A stretch of DNA of 64,000 nt from an uncultured Gammaproteobacteria bacterium (GCA_964354025.1 CAYGXQ010000001.1:5963-69962); one strand, 5' to 3'. Positions 8,570 to 18,141 are shown, numbered from the stretch's first letter. Numbers and translations: made by a program. The notes: a model not told the origin generated them from the sequence alone.

Positions 8570-10306
8570 ATGAAGATGAAAGTGGTCTACTTCCTGGGAA
8601 TAATCCTTATTTTAACCGGTATCTTTTTCCGCTTTTATAATCTCCGTTACAACAGCGAATTTGAGTGGGACCAGGAAAATTCGGTAGCTTATCCGGCCAG
8701 AGGCATTATTGTTGACCATAAATTACCGCTCATCGGCGCTAAAACAAGCGTCGGCAACCTCTACGTTGGCCCGCTTTACTCCTATCTGGCGGCCGTCTTT
8801 TTTTTCTCTTTCAAGATGGACCCGATTGCCGGAGTCTATTTGGCGGCGACGGTGTCAGTGATAACAATTCTTATTAGTTACTTGTTGATGAGAAAACTGG
8901 GAAAAGAGGCCGCTTTCTTTTTCACTCTTCTTTGGTCGACCTCGTCTTTGATGATTACCTATGACCGGATACCGTGGAATGTAAATCTATTGCCGCCGGC
9001 TGCCATTTTGACTTTTTTCGGGATGTATTTAACCAATTGGATTTTGCTCGGTTTAGGCATTTTTCTCGGGATTAACAGCCATTACAGTTTTATCTTTTTT
9101 ATTCTTGCCTGCGTCATATTTTTTGTTATCAACAGGAAATTAATTACCAGGTCGATCTGTTGGACAATCCTTCTATCACTTCTTGGGATACTGCCGCTTC
9201 TGATTTTTCATTTCCGTCACGGTAATTCTCTGGGAAATAACTTACAGCAATTTACCGTCTCTTCAATCAACGGATTTTCCCGTTTGGGCAGTTCATTTAT
9301 TTTTGCTTTTACCAATACCCTTGAATCCCAAATGGCGGTGGTTTTTGGCCGCGAATCCGGCTGGATAAAGGAAATTTTTGCCGCCATTTTTATTTATTTC
9401 CTGATTTTTTTCCGGCATCTCAAGCCCATAAGGAATTTCCTCAAAGTATTTTCCGTCATTTTTTTGATGTATCTGTTGGGCTTTACCGTTTATCACGGTC
9501 ACGCGCCCTCGTACTATTTTATCGGGCTTTATCCTATAGCTACCATTGGATTGGCTTTGGTTTTGGCGGAAATTAGCCGCAGGCTTGCCGCTTTATCAGT
9601 CCTGATCCTTTTTATCGCCTTTATGAATCTTATGCAGGCGTATCCGCTGGTTAAAAAGATAAGTCCGACGTCTTTGGGTACCAAACAGGATTTATTGAAA
9701 ACCATCAAGAATCTGGCCGGAGAAGAGAAAACCAGCCTTATCTATGATATGGATCTGGGGAACAGTTTCGGCTACAGTTTCCTGGCTGATTATTACCGGC
9801 TTAATCTAGTTTCCGGGGAAGAAACGAAAAACAAGTATTGGATCAGCCGGCCGGCCGGCCGTTTTCCCGGCCGGCCGGATTATACTTTTGGCGACTTTGC
9901 CTTAGGTTTGCCTCAAACAGTAGAGCGGATCTATGCTTCTAAAGAAGTGCTATTGTTTGGGGAATTATTCCGCATAAGAATTCCCAAAAACTGGACCGTA
10001 GTTCAATGTCAGGGAATTGATTTCGATAAGTATTTTTTGACCGCGGACAACAGTGTTTCATGCGATATTTTTCCTAAAGAAAGCAAAGGCATCACCATTA
10101 CCAATCTTCCGGATTGCAACCGGTCAAAATTTGCGGCAAGTCAATTAATAAAATCGCCGGGCGGGGAGGAATTATATCAAGTAAATAATCAGGAAATCGC
10201 CGGGATTTTTGAGGAAAACCGGTGTGTTTTCTTTACTGATCTGGATAAGAGTATCAACGGAGAGATTTCATCCGATTTAGCGACAATTATATTGTCGCTA
10301 AAATAA
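8570..10306 (+). CDS. Polytopic membrane protein with a C-terminal soluble domain; possible GT-C-fold glycosyltransferase (PMT/ArnT-like)
   Basis: About 12 predicted TM helices followed by a ~200-aa hydrophilic domain. The assignment rests on architecture alone. Confidence 0.35.
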   Translation: MKMKVVYFLGIILILTGIFFRFYNLRYNSEFEWDQENSVAYPARGIIVDHKLPLIGAKTSVGNLYVGPLYSYLAAVFFFSFKMDPIAGVYLAATVSVITILISYLLMRKLGKEAAFFFTLLWSTSSLMITYDRIPWNVNLLPPAAILTFFGMYLTNWILLGLGIFLGINSHYSFIFFILACVIFFVINRKLITRSICWTILLSLLGILPLLIFHFRHGNSLGNNLQQFTVSSINGFSRLGSSFIFAFTNTLESQMAVVFGRESGWIKEIFAAIFIYFLIFFRHLKPIRNFLKVFSVIFLMYLLGFTVYHGHAPSYYFIGLYPIATIGLALVLAEISRRLAALSVLILFIAFMNLMQAYPLVKKISPTSLGTKQDLLKTIKNLAGEEKTSLIYDMDLGNSFGYSFLADYYRLNLVSGEETKNKYWISRPAGRFPGRPDYTFGDFALGLPQTVERIYASKEVLLFGELFRIRIPKNWTVVQCQGIDFDKYFLTADNSVSCDIFPKESKGITITNLPDCNRSKFAASQLIKSPGGEELYQVNNQEIAGIFEENRCVFFTDLDKSINGEISSDLATIILSLK

Positions 10307-10542
10307 TCCTATAGTAGTTATTGACTATTAAGCGGGTTTGTGGTAAACTTCTTTTACAGATTTATTAAACCGATAAATCTGCTTATATCAGATTTAGTTT
10401 TAAAGAGTCAAGATAAAGATACCCGTTTGTAAAATACTTCGTATCTTTTCCGCTTTTTGAGAGACCACTTCTTATTTAGGCAGATTCATCTGTTTTATAC
10501 TTCGACTAAGCTCAGTATTATTAATATTAAAAAGGAGAAAAA

Positions 10543-10863
10543 ATGGCTAAAAATTTATTTGTCGGGAGCATCCCCTTTACCGTTGATGAAAATGCTTTGA
10601 ACCAGTTGTTCACCACCATCGGTCAGGTTCAATCAGTCAGCATCATTAAGGATAAATATACCGGATCCAGCCGCGGATTTGCTTTCGTAGAAATGGTTAA
10701 TGAGGAAGACGCAAAAAAAGCCATAGAACAATTGAATGGACATTTACTTGAAGGCAGAAACATCGTCGTCAAAGAGGCTTTGCCGAAACCTACCTATACC
10801 AACGGTCGAAGCGACGGAAGAAGCCGCGGCGGCTTTGGTAATCGTGGCAGCCGAAGGTATTGA
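10543..10863 (+). CDS. RRM-type RNA-binding protein with a Gly/Arg-rich tail
   Basis: RNP2 LFVGSI, RNP1 RGFAFVEM, and a C-terminal RGG-like tail. Confidence 0.85.
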   Translation: MAKNLFVGSIPFTVDENALNQLFTTIGQVQSVSIIKDKYTGSSRGFAFVEMVNEEDAKKAIEQLNGHLLEGRNIVVKEALPKPTYTNGRSDGRSRGGFGNRGSRRY

Positions 10864-10888
10864 ATTTAATTTAATTTAACAAATTCTT

Positions 10889-11143
10889 GTGAAAACACCT
10901 ACTAATCCGTGCATTCGCTGCGGTAAGGAACGTATTTTTTCCAAGAAATGGAAAGAATATATCGGTAAGTCATTGGTGACTTATACCGACAATATCTGTC
11001 CGGATCCCGAGTGCCAGAAAATTGTGGAAACCGGTCTCAAAGATAAAAAAGACCGCCTTGAGACAATCCAGGCCAATTCCTTAAGACGCAGGACGGAAAA
11101 CCGGAGAAATAGAAAATCCTCAAGTAAAAGACAGACCCGTTGA
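10889..11143 (+). CDS. Small zinc-ribbon protein with a highly basic C-terminus
   Basis: CxxC ... CxxC followed by an Arg/Lys-rich tail; GTG start. Confidence 0.35.
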   Translation: MKTPTNPCIRCGKERIFSKKWKEYIGKSLVTYTDNICPDPECQKIVETGLKDKKDRLETIQANSLRRRTENRRNRKSSSKRQTR

Positions 11144-11187
11144 AGAAAGGCAGGTTGTTGTTCTATAATGATCTAAGATAGAAAAAT

Positions 11188-11721
11188 ATGAACACGGCTG
11201 CCCAAAACAATCCGCTATCCAATCAACCAAACCTTAACGAAATACTGATTTCCTGGACCAGCCCGGCTTACCCTTTCAAGAAAAGAAACCGGATTTTTTA
11301 CCAGACGATTGCCGCCCTGACTCTACTTCTGGTGGTTATTGTTTTTTTCCTGCATGAGTTTTTACTAATCGGTGTGATTTTGTCTATCGCCTTTGTCGTT
11401 TATGTTATTTCCACTATCCCGCCGCTTGAGACGGAGCACCGGATTACTCCTTTGGGGTTTGAAAATGCGGGGCGGATGTTCCGCTGGATAGAACTTTATT
11501 CTTTCTGGTTTGAAAGCAAATGGGAAGAAAGAGTACTGGTAATCCAGACGAGATTGCCTTTTCCGGCGCAACTGCGTGCGGTTGTGCGCGGAGTTGAGGA
11601 GAAAAAGCTGAAGGAGATTATCGGCAAATACCTTCTTTTTCAAGAAAAACCGCCGAAAAGCGTGGTTGATAATTTTTCCGACTGGCTGTCCAAAAAAATC
11701 CCCATGGAGTCGGAAAGCTAA
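11188..11721 (+). CDS. Hypothetical membrane protein
   Basis: Two TM helices near the N-terminus; no motif. Confidence 0.4.
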   Translation: MNTAAQNNPLSNQPNLNEILISWTSPAYPFKKRNRIFYQTIAALTLLLVVIVFFLHEFLLIGVILSIAFVVYVISTIPPLETEHRITPLGFENAGRMFRWIELYSFWFESKWEERVLVIQTRLPFPAQLRAVVRGVEEKKLKEIIGKYLLFQEKPPKSVVDNFSDWLSKKIPMESES

Positions 11722-11775
11722 GGTTACTCCTCAAAGTGGCGTATTTACCTTCCAGATAATATAATAGGTAGTAAT

Positions 11776-11847
11776 GTTCCCGTAGCTCAACGGATAGAGC
11801 GCGGCCCTGCGGAGGCTGAAATACCAGTTCGATTCTGGTCGGGAACG
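11776..11847 (+). tRNA. tRNA-Arg (anticodon reads GCG)
   Basis: 72-nt cloverleaf. Acceptor GUUCCCG/CGGGAAC, T-loop UUCGAUU, anticodon loop CUGCGGA. Confidence 0.7.
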
Positions 11848-11853
11848 CAAAAA

Positions 11854-11939
11854 GGAGAGTTGGCTGAGCGGTTCAAAGCGACGGTCTCGAAAACCGTTCT
11901 CCCGTAAGGGAGGCGCAGGTTCAAATCCTGCACTCTCCG
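11854..11939 (+). tRNA. tRNA-Ser (anticodon CGA)
   Basis: 86 nt, long variable arm, anticodon loop CUCGAAA, T-loop GUUCAAAUC. It lies 6 nt after the tRNA-Arg. Confidence 0.8.
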
Positions 11940-12050
11940 CAAAATCTGAAAATTTCAATTAATATAGATTGTTATATAGCCTCAAAACTCATTTTAGGTT
12001 CTAACACTATGACGGGCTGTCTCAAAATTCCTAATTCTTAAAATATCCGT

Positions 12051-13193
12051 TTGAGATGTATAATTCACTATATGGCAATTGAATTAATTGGAATGACTGG
12101 TGGGCATCCAGAACAACTAAATCCTACTTTCGTTAATCCTGCAGTAATGGCGGTAGTAAATAATGCTAATTTGGAAAGAATTATTGCAAAAGGTTTAAAT
12201 GTATCTGACAGTGGACAAATTCCAATTACGGATGTAAGGGATCTTATTCAAATGAGTCAAGAGATAAGGACCGCCAGTAGAAAAGAGGTAGGAGGATTTA
12301 AAGAAATAGTCGTATATCTAGGTAAAAAAAGTCATGATATCAGTCGAGGAGTTGGTGCTGTTTCATTCGTAGGGGTAGAAAGAAGTGTTCCAATCCCTTT
12401 TGCTGGTCAAACAAGCGCAATTCTTGATGATCTTAGTCCTGAATCTGATATTTTAATAGTTCATTTACACCCAGAATCCCCAGAAGCAAGCAATGAAGAT
12501 TTAAGCGCATTACAAACAATCGCTAGAGCTTTATCAGTAAAATCAGATAGAAATATAAGAGCTTCCTTATTAATTATTGGGGATAAAGATAATGAGGAGA
12601 TACTCTACACTTTTGATTCCAGAGGCAAATATATGACTGTTATTTTGGAGAATTTACTTGCCAGAGAACGGTTATCCCCGCCTCTTTTAGATAAACTTTT
12701 TCTATTAATATACAGAGGTGATCGTTTTGATAAAGCAGCAGATGCTTATCAGTCAACATGGTATCGGGATAATAAATTATATCCGCCGGAAATTCCAGGA
12801 ATAGGTCTTCTTCTACCCGGTTATTTAAATTCTACACCCCAAACTGCGTCTATTCCAGATCAGGCAATTATTGCTGAACCAAAGTCGAATTTACTAGTTT
12901 TACGTAATACTGGAGATACAGGAAAGTGGCCTGTTATATATATTGAAAAAGATGGAATTGTTCAACCTCTTGAGCGTCAATATAATGGAAAACAATATTG
13001 TTATCTATTAAATGGGATACCCTATTTTGCAGCGCCAAATAGTTTTATTCTTACTTCTGGAGTGAAAATTGGTATTCCTCAGGGAGGAATAAAGGTTGCA
13101 GATTATAAAATTAATCTAACTGGAGGAAGAAATATTCATGAAATTGATATACTTGCTGTGCCAAAAGACTCACTTCCGAGGGAAGCAAAATAG
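12051..13193 (+). CDS. Hypothetical protein in an AT-rich island; weak JAB/MPN-like HxH...S..D motif
   Basis: HLHPESPEASNED resembles the JAMM motif HxHx7Sx2D but is one residue short. Otherwise no homology is recognisable. Confidence 0.35.
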   Translation: MRCIIHYMAIELIGMTGGHPEQLNPTFVNPAVMAVVNNANLERIIAKGLNVSDSGQIPITDVRDLIQMSQEIRTASRKEVGGFKEIVVYLGKKSHDISRGVGAVSFVGVERSVPIPFAGQTSAILDDLSPESDILIVHLHPESPEASNEDLSALQTIARALSVKSDRNIRASLLIIGDKDNEEILYTFDSRGKYMTVILENLLARERLSPPLLDKLFLLIYRGDRFDKAADAYQSTWYRDNKLYPPEIPGIGLLLPGYLNSTPQTASIPDQAIIAEPKSNLLVLRNTGDTGKWPVIYIEKDGIVQPLERQYNGKQYCYLLNGIPYFAAPNSFILTSGVKIGIPQGGIKVADYKINLTGGRNIHEIDILAVPKDSLPREAK

Positions 13194-13283
13194 ATTTTAA
13201 TACTGTAAATGGTTCTCCGTCTGGTGCGGGACAAATCCCTCTCCCACCGCATAAAGAGGAAGATTGCCATCTGACGGAAAAAT

Positions 13284-14567
13284 TTAAGATAAATAATTAT
13301 TATCAATTACCCACTTATAAACAGGGATTACTTTTATAATCTGTTTCTTATCCGGTATTTCCTGCTCGGTATTATAAGTCAATATCAAACCGCTGGTTAC
13401 TTTTAATTCTTCCATTGCCTGCTTTAGACTGTCGATCTCTCTTTTCTTCGTCATTTCATCATGTAAATCCCAACATACCTGAATCAGCGCTTTTTTCCTG
13501 TTTGGCAGTTTAATCAAAAAATCAATTTCTTTATTATTCCCGGTTTTATAAAAATAGGTTTCACAACCTTTTCTTAATAACTCCAGAAAAACGCACTGTT
13601 CCATAATTCTTCCCTTATCTTCTGAAAATCTGAAGGAGACGGTATTTGCCAGTCCGCAATCAACGGAATATATCTTTTTGCTAGCTTTTTGTTGAAACTT
13701 GAGAGAATAGGAAAATTGAGACAGTTCAAACGTTAAAAATGCTTCATTGAAATAATTCAGATAATCAGAAATAGTTTCAAAAGAAAGGGAAAAAGTTTTT
13801 TTCAGTGATTCTATAGAAACAGTTTTTGCGGAGTTGGTAATAAGAAATATTCCCATTTTTTCCAGAGTATCTTTTTGCCGCACATCATATCTCATAACAA
13901 TATCTTTCTGGATGATATCAAAATAATATTGTTTTAATAGAGAAAGATTTCCTGTTTTGACTATTTCAGGAAATCCGCCGATTAACAGATATTCATCAAA
14001 ATTTTTAAGTAAAGTTTTTTCCTTGAGTATCAAATCCTTTTTACTTTCTACTTTTATTTCCTTAAAAGATAGAAATTCGCTGAAGGATAAAGGCAGTACC
14101 GAATATGAGATATGCCTGCCGGTAAGCAGAGTGGATAATTCCCGGCTTAACAATTTTGAAGAGGAACCGGTAAGAAAAATTTTATAATTCCCGCCGTCTC
14201 TTAATTTTCTCACCGCGCTTTCCCAATGATTCACGGCGTGGATTTCATCAAAGAAAAGATATTTCAGATTTTGACTGAAATATTCTTTCTGGACTGAGAT
14301 CAATTCTTCTATAACTTCAGGTGAATTATGGGAAACAAAATAAGGATCTTCAAAATTGATAAACAGAAAATCATCAGTGAGTTTTAATTTTTTGATCAGC
14401 AGTTTCAGAATTGATGACTTACCGCTTCTTCTGGGACCAATAATGTCGATCGCTTCCTTGCTTTTATAATCGATATGATCCACAACAGGACGATAATGTA
14501 GGTCTTCCTCATAAGCAGTCTTTTTCCAGAAGTCTATAATTTTGACCAATTGTTGGGTATCATACAT
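13284..14567 (-). CDS. AAA-superfamily ATPase with DUF4143, paralog 2
   Basis: Walker A GPRRSGKSSIL and Walker B LFFDEIH. The architecture matches the genes at 3572 and 61119. Confidence 0.75.
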   Translation of the reverse strand: MYDTQQLVKIIDFWKKTAYEEDLHYRPVVDHIDYKSKEAIDIIGPRRSGKSSILKLLIKKLKLTDDFLFINFEDPYFVSHNSPEVIEELISVQKEYFSQNLKYLFFDEIHAVNHWESAVRKLRDGGNYKIFLTGSSSKLLSRELSTLLTGRHISYSVLPLSFSEFLSFKEIKVESKKDLILKEKTLLKNFDEYLLIGGFPEIVKTGNLSLLKQYYFDIIQKDIVMRYDVRQKDTLEKMGIFLITNSAKTVSIESLKKTFSLSFETISDYLNYFNEAFLTFELSQFSYSLKFQQKASKKIYSVDCGLANTVSFRFSEDKGRIMEQCVFLELLRKGCETYFYKTGNNKEIDFLIKLPNRKKALIQVCWDLHDEMTKKREIDSLKQAMEELKVTSGLILTYNTEQEIPDKKQIIKVIPVYKWVIDNNYLS

Positions 14568-14626
14568 ACTAGAGTATAGTTTACTATAATATTAGATTAT
14601 AGTCAAGTATAGTTGATGATATCTTG

Positions 14627-15922
14627 TTACTTCATCCGCTTCTGGAGGTCTGATTCGACTGTCTGGCGGTCTTCTCCGAATTTCTTTTGGGATTGGATTT
14701 TAAACTCCTCAACTTTCGCTTTGTCAGGTTTATTTTCCGGTAAATTTTGTTCAAAATTGACCGGTTCTTCTTTAATGGCGACATTTCCCTCCTGAAGCGT
14801 TTTGAGATAAGCCTGGTATTTTTTAAGGAGACAAAGTTTGTCGACCGTGATATTTTGGGAATGAAATTCGGGTGCAACTACCTGAGCCTCTTCCGTTGTT
14901 TGTCTGAAAGAGACAAGCGTACCGACTTTTGATAAAGCTCTTTTAAGCGGAAGAGACGCTTCAGAGATTTTATTGGTCGTCAGAGTAAGGTTAATGCCGT
15001 ATCTTCGGTTTTCCATTAATAAATCGCACATTAAGGTTGTTGGCCAGGCTGAAGCTTCATCTATATAAAGATTAACGATTGGATTGCCGGCGGAATGTTC
15101 CAAATAATTGATGAGCTTAAAAAGAAGGATAGTAGTAATGATTTTATTGACATCGCTATTTTTCTTGAGGTTTTTGAAATCAAAGAGAATGATTTGATAA
15201 TTTGAAAAAAGTGACGGAAAAGAAAAGGTTGATTTTGGTTGTCCCAGAATATAGCGCATGGATTTATCGGTCACAAACAGACCGAGTTTTGAAACGATAT
15301 AATCCAATACTTCTGATTTATGAAAGTCAGAGGTTTGGGCGACCTGCTTATTCCAGTAATTCAGGACAATAGGATCCTGCACTTTCGGTAAAATATTTTT
15401 TAAGTACGAAGCATCCGTCAAACAGCGGAGAAGTTCGACAAAAGAAGCATTTTCGTCGTACAGAATTGTTAAAATGGCATTTCTGACCGCGTGTTCGAAA
15501 CGCGGTCCGATGACGCCGGTATGTTTCGGGTCATACAAATCATACATGAGGCTGATCAGGATATTGGCGATTTGTTGTCTGTTTTTCTCGTCTTTTTCTT
15601 CAAACAGATTAAGGCCAACAGGAAAGTCATTATTGCCCAGGTCCAGATAAGCGATTTTTGGCAACGTTTCGTTATCAGCACTGGTAATAATTTCTTCAGC
15701 CAGATCGCCATACTGATCGAATACGACAATGGGACAGGAGGAACGGATATCCTGATTGATTAAATTAAAAAAATATCTGGAAACACCGACTCCGGGAATA
15801 CCGGTGACAAGGATATTTCTTGACCGGTCGTCCGGGGACAAAAAAAGATTTTTAAAAATTTCCAGACCGTTAGTTGGATTATTCATATATTTATATACTA
15901 ACAAATTGGTTTTATTATTCAA
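14627..15922 (-). CDS. P-loop NTPase of the HerA/FtsK/VirD4-like (DUF87-type) class, with an atypical Walker A
   Basis: Walker B LYIDEASAW. Walker A reads GIPGVGVS, with Val in place of the canonical Lys. No TM segments. Confidence 0.5.
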   Translation of the reverse strand: MNNKTNLLVYKYMNNPTNGLEIFKNLFLSPDDRSRNILVTGIPGVGVSRYFFNLINQDIRSSCPIVVFDQYGDLAEEIITSADNETLPKIAYLDLGNNDFPVGLNLFEEKDEKNRQQIANILISLMYDLYDPKHTGVIGPRFEHAVRNAILTILYDENASFVELLRCLTDASYLKNILPKVQDPIVLNYWNKQVAQTSDFHKSEVLDYIVSKLGLFVTDKSMRYILGQPKSTFSFPSLFSNYQIILFDFKNLKKNSDVNKIITTILLFKLINYLEHSAGNPIVNLYIDEASAWPTTLMCDLLMENRRYGINLTLTTNKISEASLPLKRALSKVGTLVSFRQTTEEAQVVAPEFHSQNITVDKLCLLKKYQAYLKTLQEGNVAIKEEPVNFEQNLPENKPDKAKVEEFKIQSQKKFGEDRQTVESDLQKRMK

Positions 15923-15990
15923 CGGTCAGTCTTAAAACACACATTTGACAACGGATATAATGTAGTATATAGTATATACATAGAGAAATT

Positions 15991-16281
15991 ATGGGAAGTG
16001 AGAATATTACGAATTTTCAATGGGACAAGGGAAATATCGGGAAAAACCTTAAACATAAAGTGATGGATGAAGAGACAGAACAGGTATTTTTTGATAAGAA
16101 TAAAGTAATTTCAGAAGATATCGCTCACTCGCAAAAAGAAAAAAGATATATCATTATCGGTAAAACGAAAGAAGGAAGGTTACTTTATACAGTATATACA
16201 TTTAGAGGAAACAAGATAAGAGTCGTTTCCTCAAGAGATATTAATAAAAAGGAGGTTCATTTTTATGAAAAAGCCGCTTAA
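15991..16281 (+). CDS. brnT: BrnT-family ribonuclease toxin
   Basis: N-terminal FQWDKGNIGKNLKHKV matches the BrnT signature (FxWDxxKxxxNxxKHGV). It overlaps the downstream antitoxin gene. Confidence 0.65.
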   Translation: MGSENITNFQWDKGNIGKNLKHKVMDEETEQVFFDKNKVISEDIAHSQKEKRYIIIGKTKEGRLLYTVYTFRGNKIRVVSSRDINKKEVHFYEKAA

Positions 16282-16531
16282 ATTGCCAAAATTTAAGAAT
16301 GAGGAGGAAGAAAGAAAATATTGGTGGAATCTGGACCTTTCCGGATATTTTGAACCGTCTGATTTCAAAAAAGGCGTGACATTTCCGAATCTTAAGCCAA
16401 CTACCACTCCCATTTCTATCCGTATTCCGAAGTACCTTTTAAATCGGGTCAAAGAAAAAGCAAATGAACTGGCGATGCCTTATCAGAGCCTGATTAAGCA
16501 GTATATTCAAAAAGGAGTGATGGCAAGATAA
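16265..16531 (+). CDS. brnA: BrnA-family antitoxin
   Basis: 88 aa with a C-terminal RHH-like segment (ISIRIPKYLLNRVKEKANE). It overlaps the brnT stop. Confidence 0.6.
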   Translation: MKKPLKLPKFKNEEEERKYWWNLDLSGYFEPSDFKKGVTFPNLKPTTTPISIRIPKYLLNRVKEKANELAMPYQSLIKQYIQKGVMAR

Positions 16532-16550
16532 AATAAACAAGAGAATCAAT

Positions 16551-17030
16551 ATGATCAAAGAATTTTCCGCCGGAGGAATTGTTTATAAGCGTAAAGCGGA
16601 AAGCGTAAAGCGGAAAGCCAGTGATGTTGTTTGGTTAGTATGTCAACATTCGCAGCATAAGGGCTGGGTTTTTCCGAAAGGCTTTATCGGCGACCACCCT
16701 TCGACAAGCTCAGGGCAAGCAGAATCTGAAGAAGAAGCGGCTTTGCGGGAAGTGGAAGAGGAGACTGGCGTCAAAGGCAAAATCTTAGCCAAACTGCCCA
16801 AACCCGCCGGATATTTTTACGTTTGGAAAGGCGAGAAACGTTTTAAAACCGTCTATTATTTCCTGATGGAATATGCAGGAGGAGACATAAAAAACCATGA
16901 TTTCGAAATGATGAAAGTCGAATGGTGGCCGAGGGAGAAAGTGGAAAAAAGTTTGACGTATAAGTCCGATAAGACCGCCTTTGCCGAAGCGTTAAAATTA
17001 TTTAATGATGCGGAGTACAATAAATCCTGA
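16551..17030 (+). CDS. NUDIX hydrolase
   Basis: Nudix box (E)x7REVEEETGV. Confidence 0.8.
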   Translation: MIKEFSAGGIVYKRKAESVKRKASDVVWLVCQHSQHKGWVFPKGFIGDHPSTSSGQAESEEEAALREVEEETGVKGKILAKLPKPAGYFYVWKGEKRFKTVYYFLMEYAGGDIKNHDFEMMKVEWWPREKVEKSLTYKSDKTAFAEALKLFNDAEYNKS

Positions 17031-17088
17031 TTAAATCGGGATTTAAACACTCCAGCAAAGTTTAATCTTCGAAGAAGATTATTACTTT

Positions 17089-17277
17089 GCGCCTGTAGCT
17101 TAACTGGACCTGCCCGCAAATGCCTCGCATAGCGATGTCAGGCGGGTAGAGCATCCCGATTTGCTCCCGTAGCTTAATGGATAGAGTAGTGGTTTCCGGA
17201 ACCGCTGATGCCAGTCCGATTCTGGCCGGGAGCGCAACATCGGGGCGGTTGGAGGTTCGAGTCCTCTCAGGCGCGCA
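17089..17277 (+). other. Split tRNA-like locus. A 5' tRNA half (17089-17158) and a matching 3' tRNA half (17236-17277) flank the intact tRNA-Arg(CCG).
   Basis: The 5' half has acceptor GCGCCUG and a D-arm carrying a ~38-nt insert. The 3' half has T-arm GGAGGUUCGAGUCCUCU and CAGGCGC+G, which pairs perfectly with the upstream 5' acceptor. UCCCG (17154-17158) can pair with CGGGG (17241-17245) as an anticodon stem. Confidence 0.35.
17163..17234 (+). tRNA. tRNA-Arg (anticodon CCG), nested inside the split tRNA-like locus
   Basis: 72-nt cloverleaf. Acceptor GCUCCCG/CGGGAGC, anticodon loop UUCCGGA. The T-loop is the atypical UCCGAUU. Confidence 0.6.
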
Positions 17278-17373
17278 GAAGTGAATGATATAAAAATAAT
17301 ATTCTTTAATCAAAAAGCAGAAAAATTGGGAAAAGAGCTGCTTAATAAGTTATAATACAGTTTAATACATACT

Positions 17374-17459
17374 GGAGAGGTGTGATAATTGGTAGTCGGC
17401 GCGCTTGGAAAGCGCGTGTCTCGGAAACGAGATTACGGGTTCGAGCCCCGTCCTCTCCG
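17374..17459 (+). tRNA. tRNA-Ser (anticodon GGA)
   Basis: 86 nt, long variable arm (UCUCG-GAAA-CGAGA), anticodon loop UUGGAAA, T-loop GUUCGAGCC. Confidence 0.85.
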
Positions 17460-17598
17460 CAAGAAAAAGGTACCGTAAGAAATGGACTTCTATTTCGGCT
17501 TAAATTCCTTATGTGTCAAGCTAATACAAACCTGGTGTGGATATAATGGTGTGGATATAATAATTGATATCGGTAGCTGTTAGCTGTACCATATAAAT

Positions 17599-18141
17599 AT
17601 GGGTAAGAAACCGAAAATACTTTTAAGTATATTAATCATTATAATTTTAATATGTGTTGGTTTGTTAATTTATTTAAATAAATTTCGGACAGAAGAGGCA
17701 CCATCAAAAGACGGTCTTTTTACCTATACCGGGATATTAGATCCCAAAAAATTGGATGACACTGCTGTGTCAGGATATAAAATAAAAATCAACATAGATC
17801 AATTGAGGAATAACGATACAATAGAGTTAAACTTACCCGGACCAATCACCTATACGGTTATTAAGGATCATACTGATCCTGAATTGCTGGTCGATACGTT
17901 TAGTGACCCGGCAGGAAAGACAAGAATTGTCAATGATTTCATTTGGTTTGGCAAGACTGTCCAGCCGGATGGCAAGGTAGGCTTGGGAGGCGATGTATTA
18001 TTTAATGTAAGTGAGGGGAAATATGTTACAGCGACTATCCATACTTTTTTAAGCGATAGATATATGTATGATATCAGACATTTAAACGATTCAGAACATA
18101 TGCTGCAAAAAATTGACCAGAGAAGATTTGGGGAGGATTAA
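17599..18141 (+). CDS. Hypothetical membrane-anchored or secreted protein
   Basis: N-terminal TM/signal anchor; AT-rich; no motif. Confidence 0.35.
   Translation: MGKKPKILLSILIIIILICVGLLIYLNKFRTEEAPSKDGLFTYTGILDPKKLDDTAVSGYKIKINIDQLRNNDTIELNLPGPITYTVIKDHTDPELLVDTFSDPAGKTRIVNDFIWFGKTVQPDGKVGLGGDVLFNVSEGKYVTATIHTFLSDRYMYDIRHLNDSEHMLQKIDQRRFGED

Noticed and set aside
11731-11958. 75-aa minus-strand ORF
   Set aside because: It lies entirely across the tRNA-Arg and tRNA-Ser genes, so it is antisense to structural RNA.
17062-17313. 83-aa minus-strand ORF
   Set aside because: It spans the tRNA-Arg(CCG) and the split tRNA-like halves, and is not coding.
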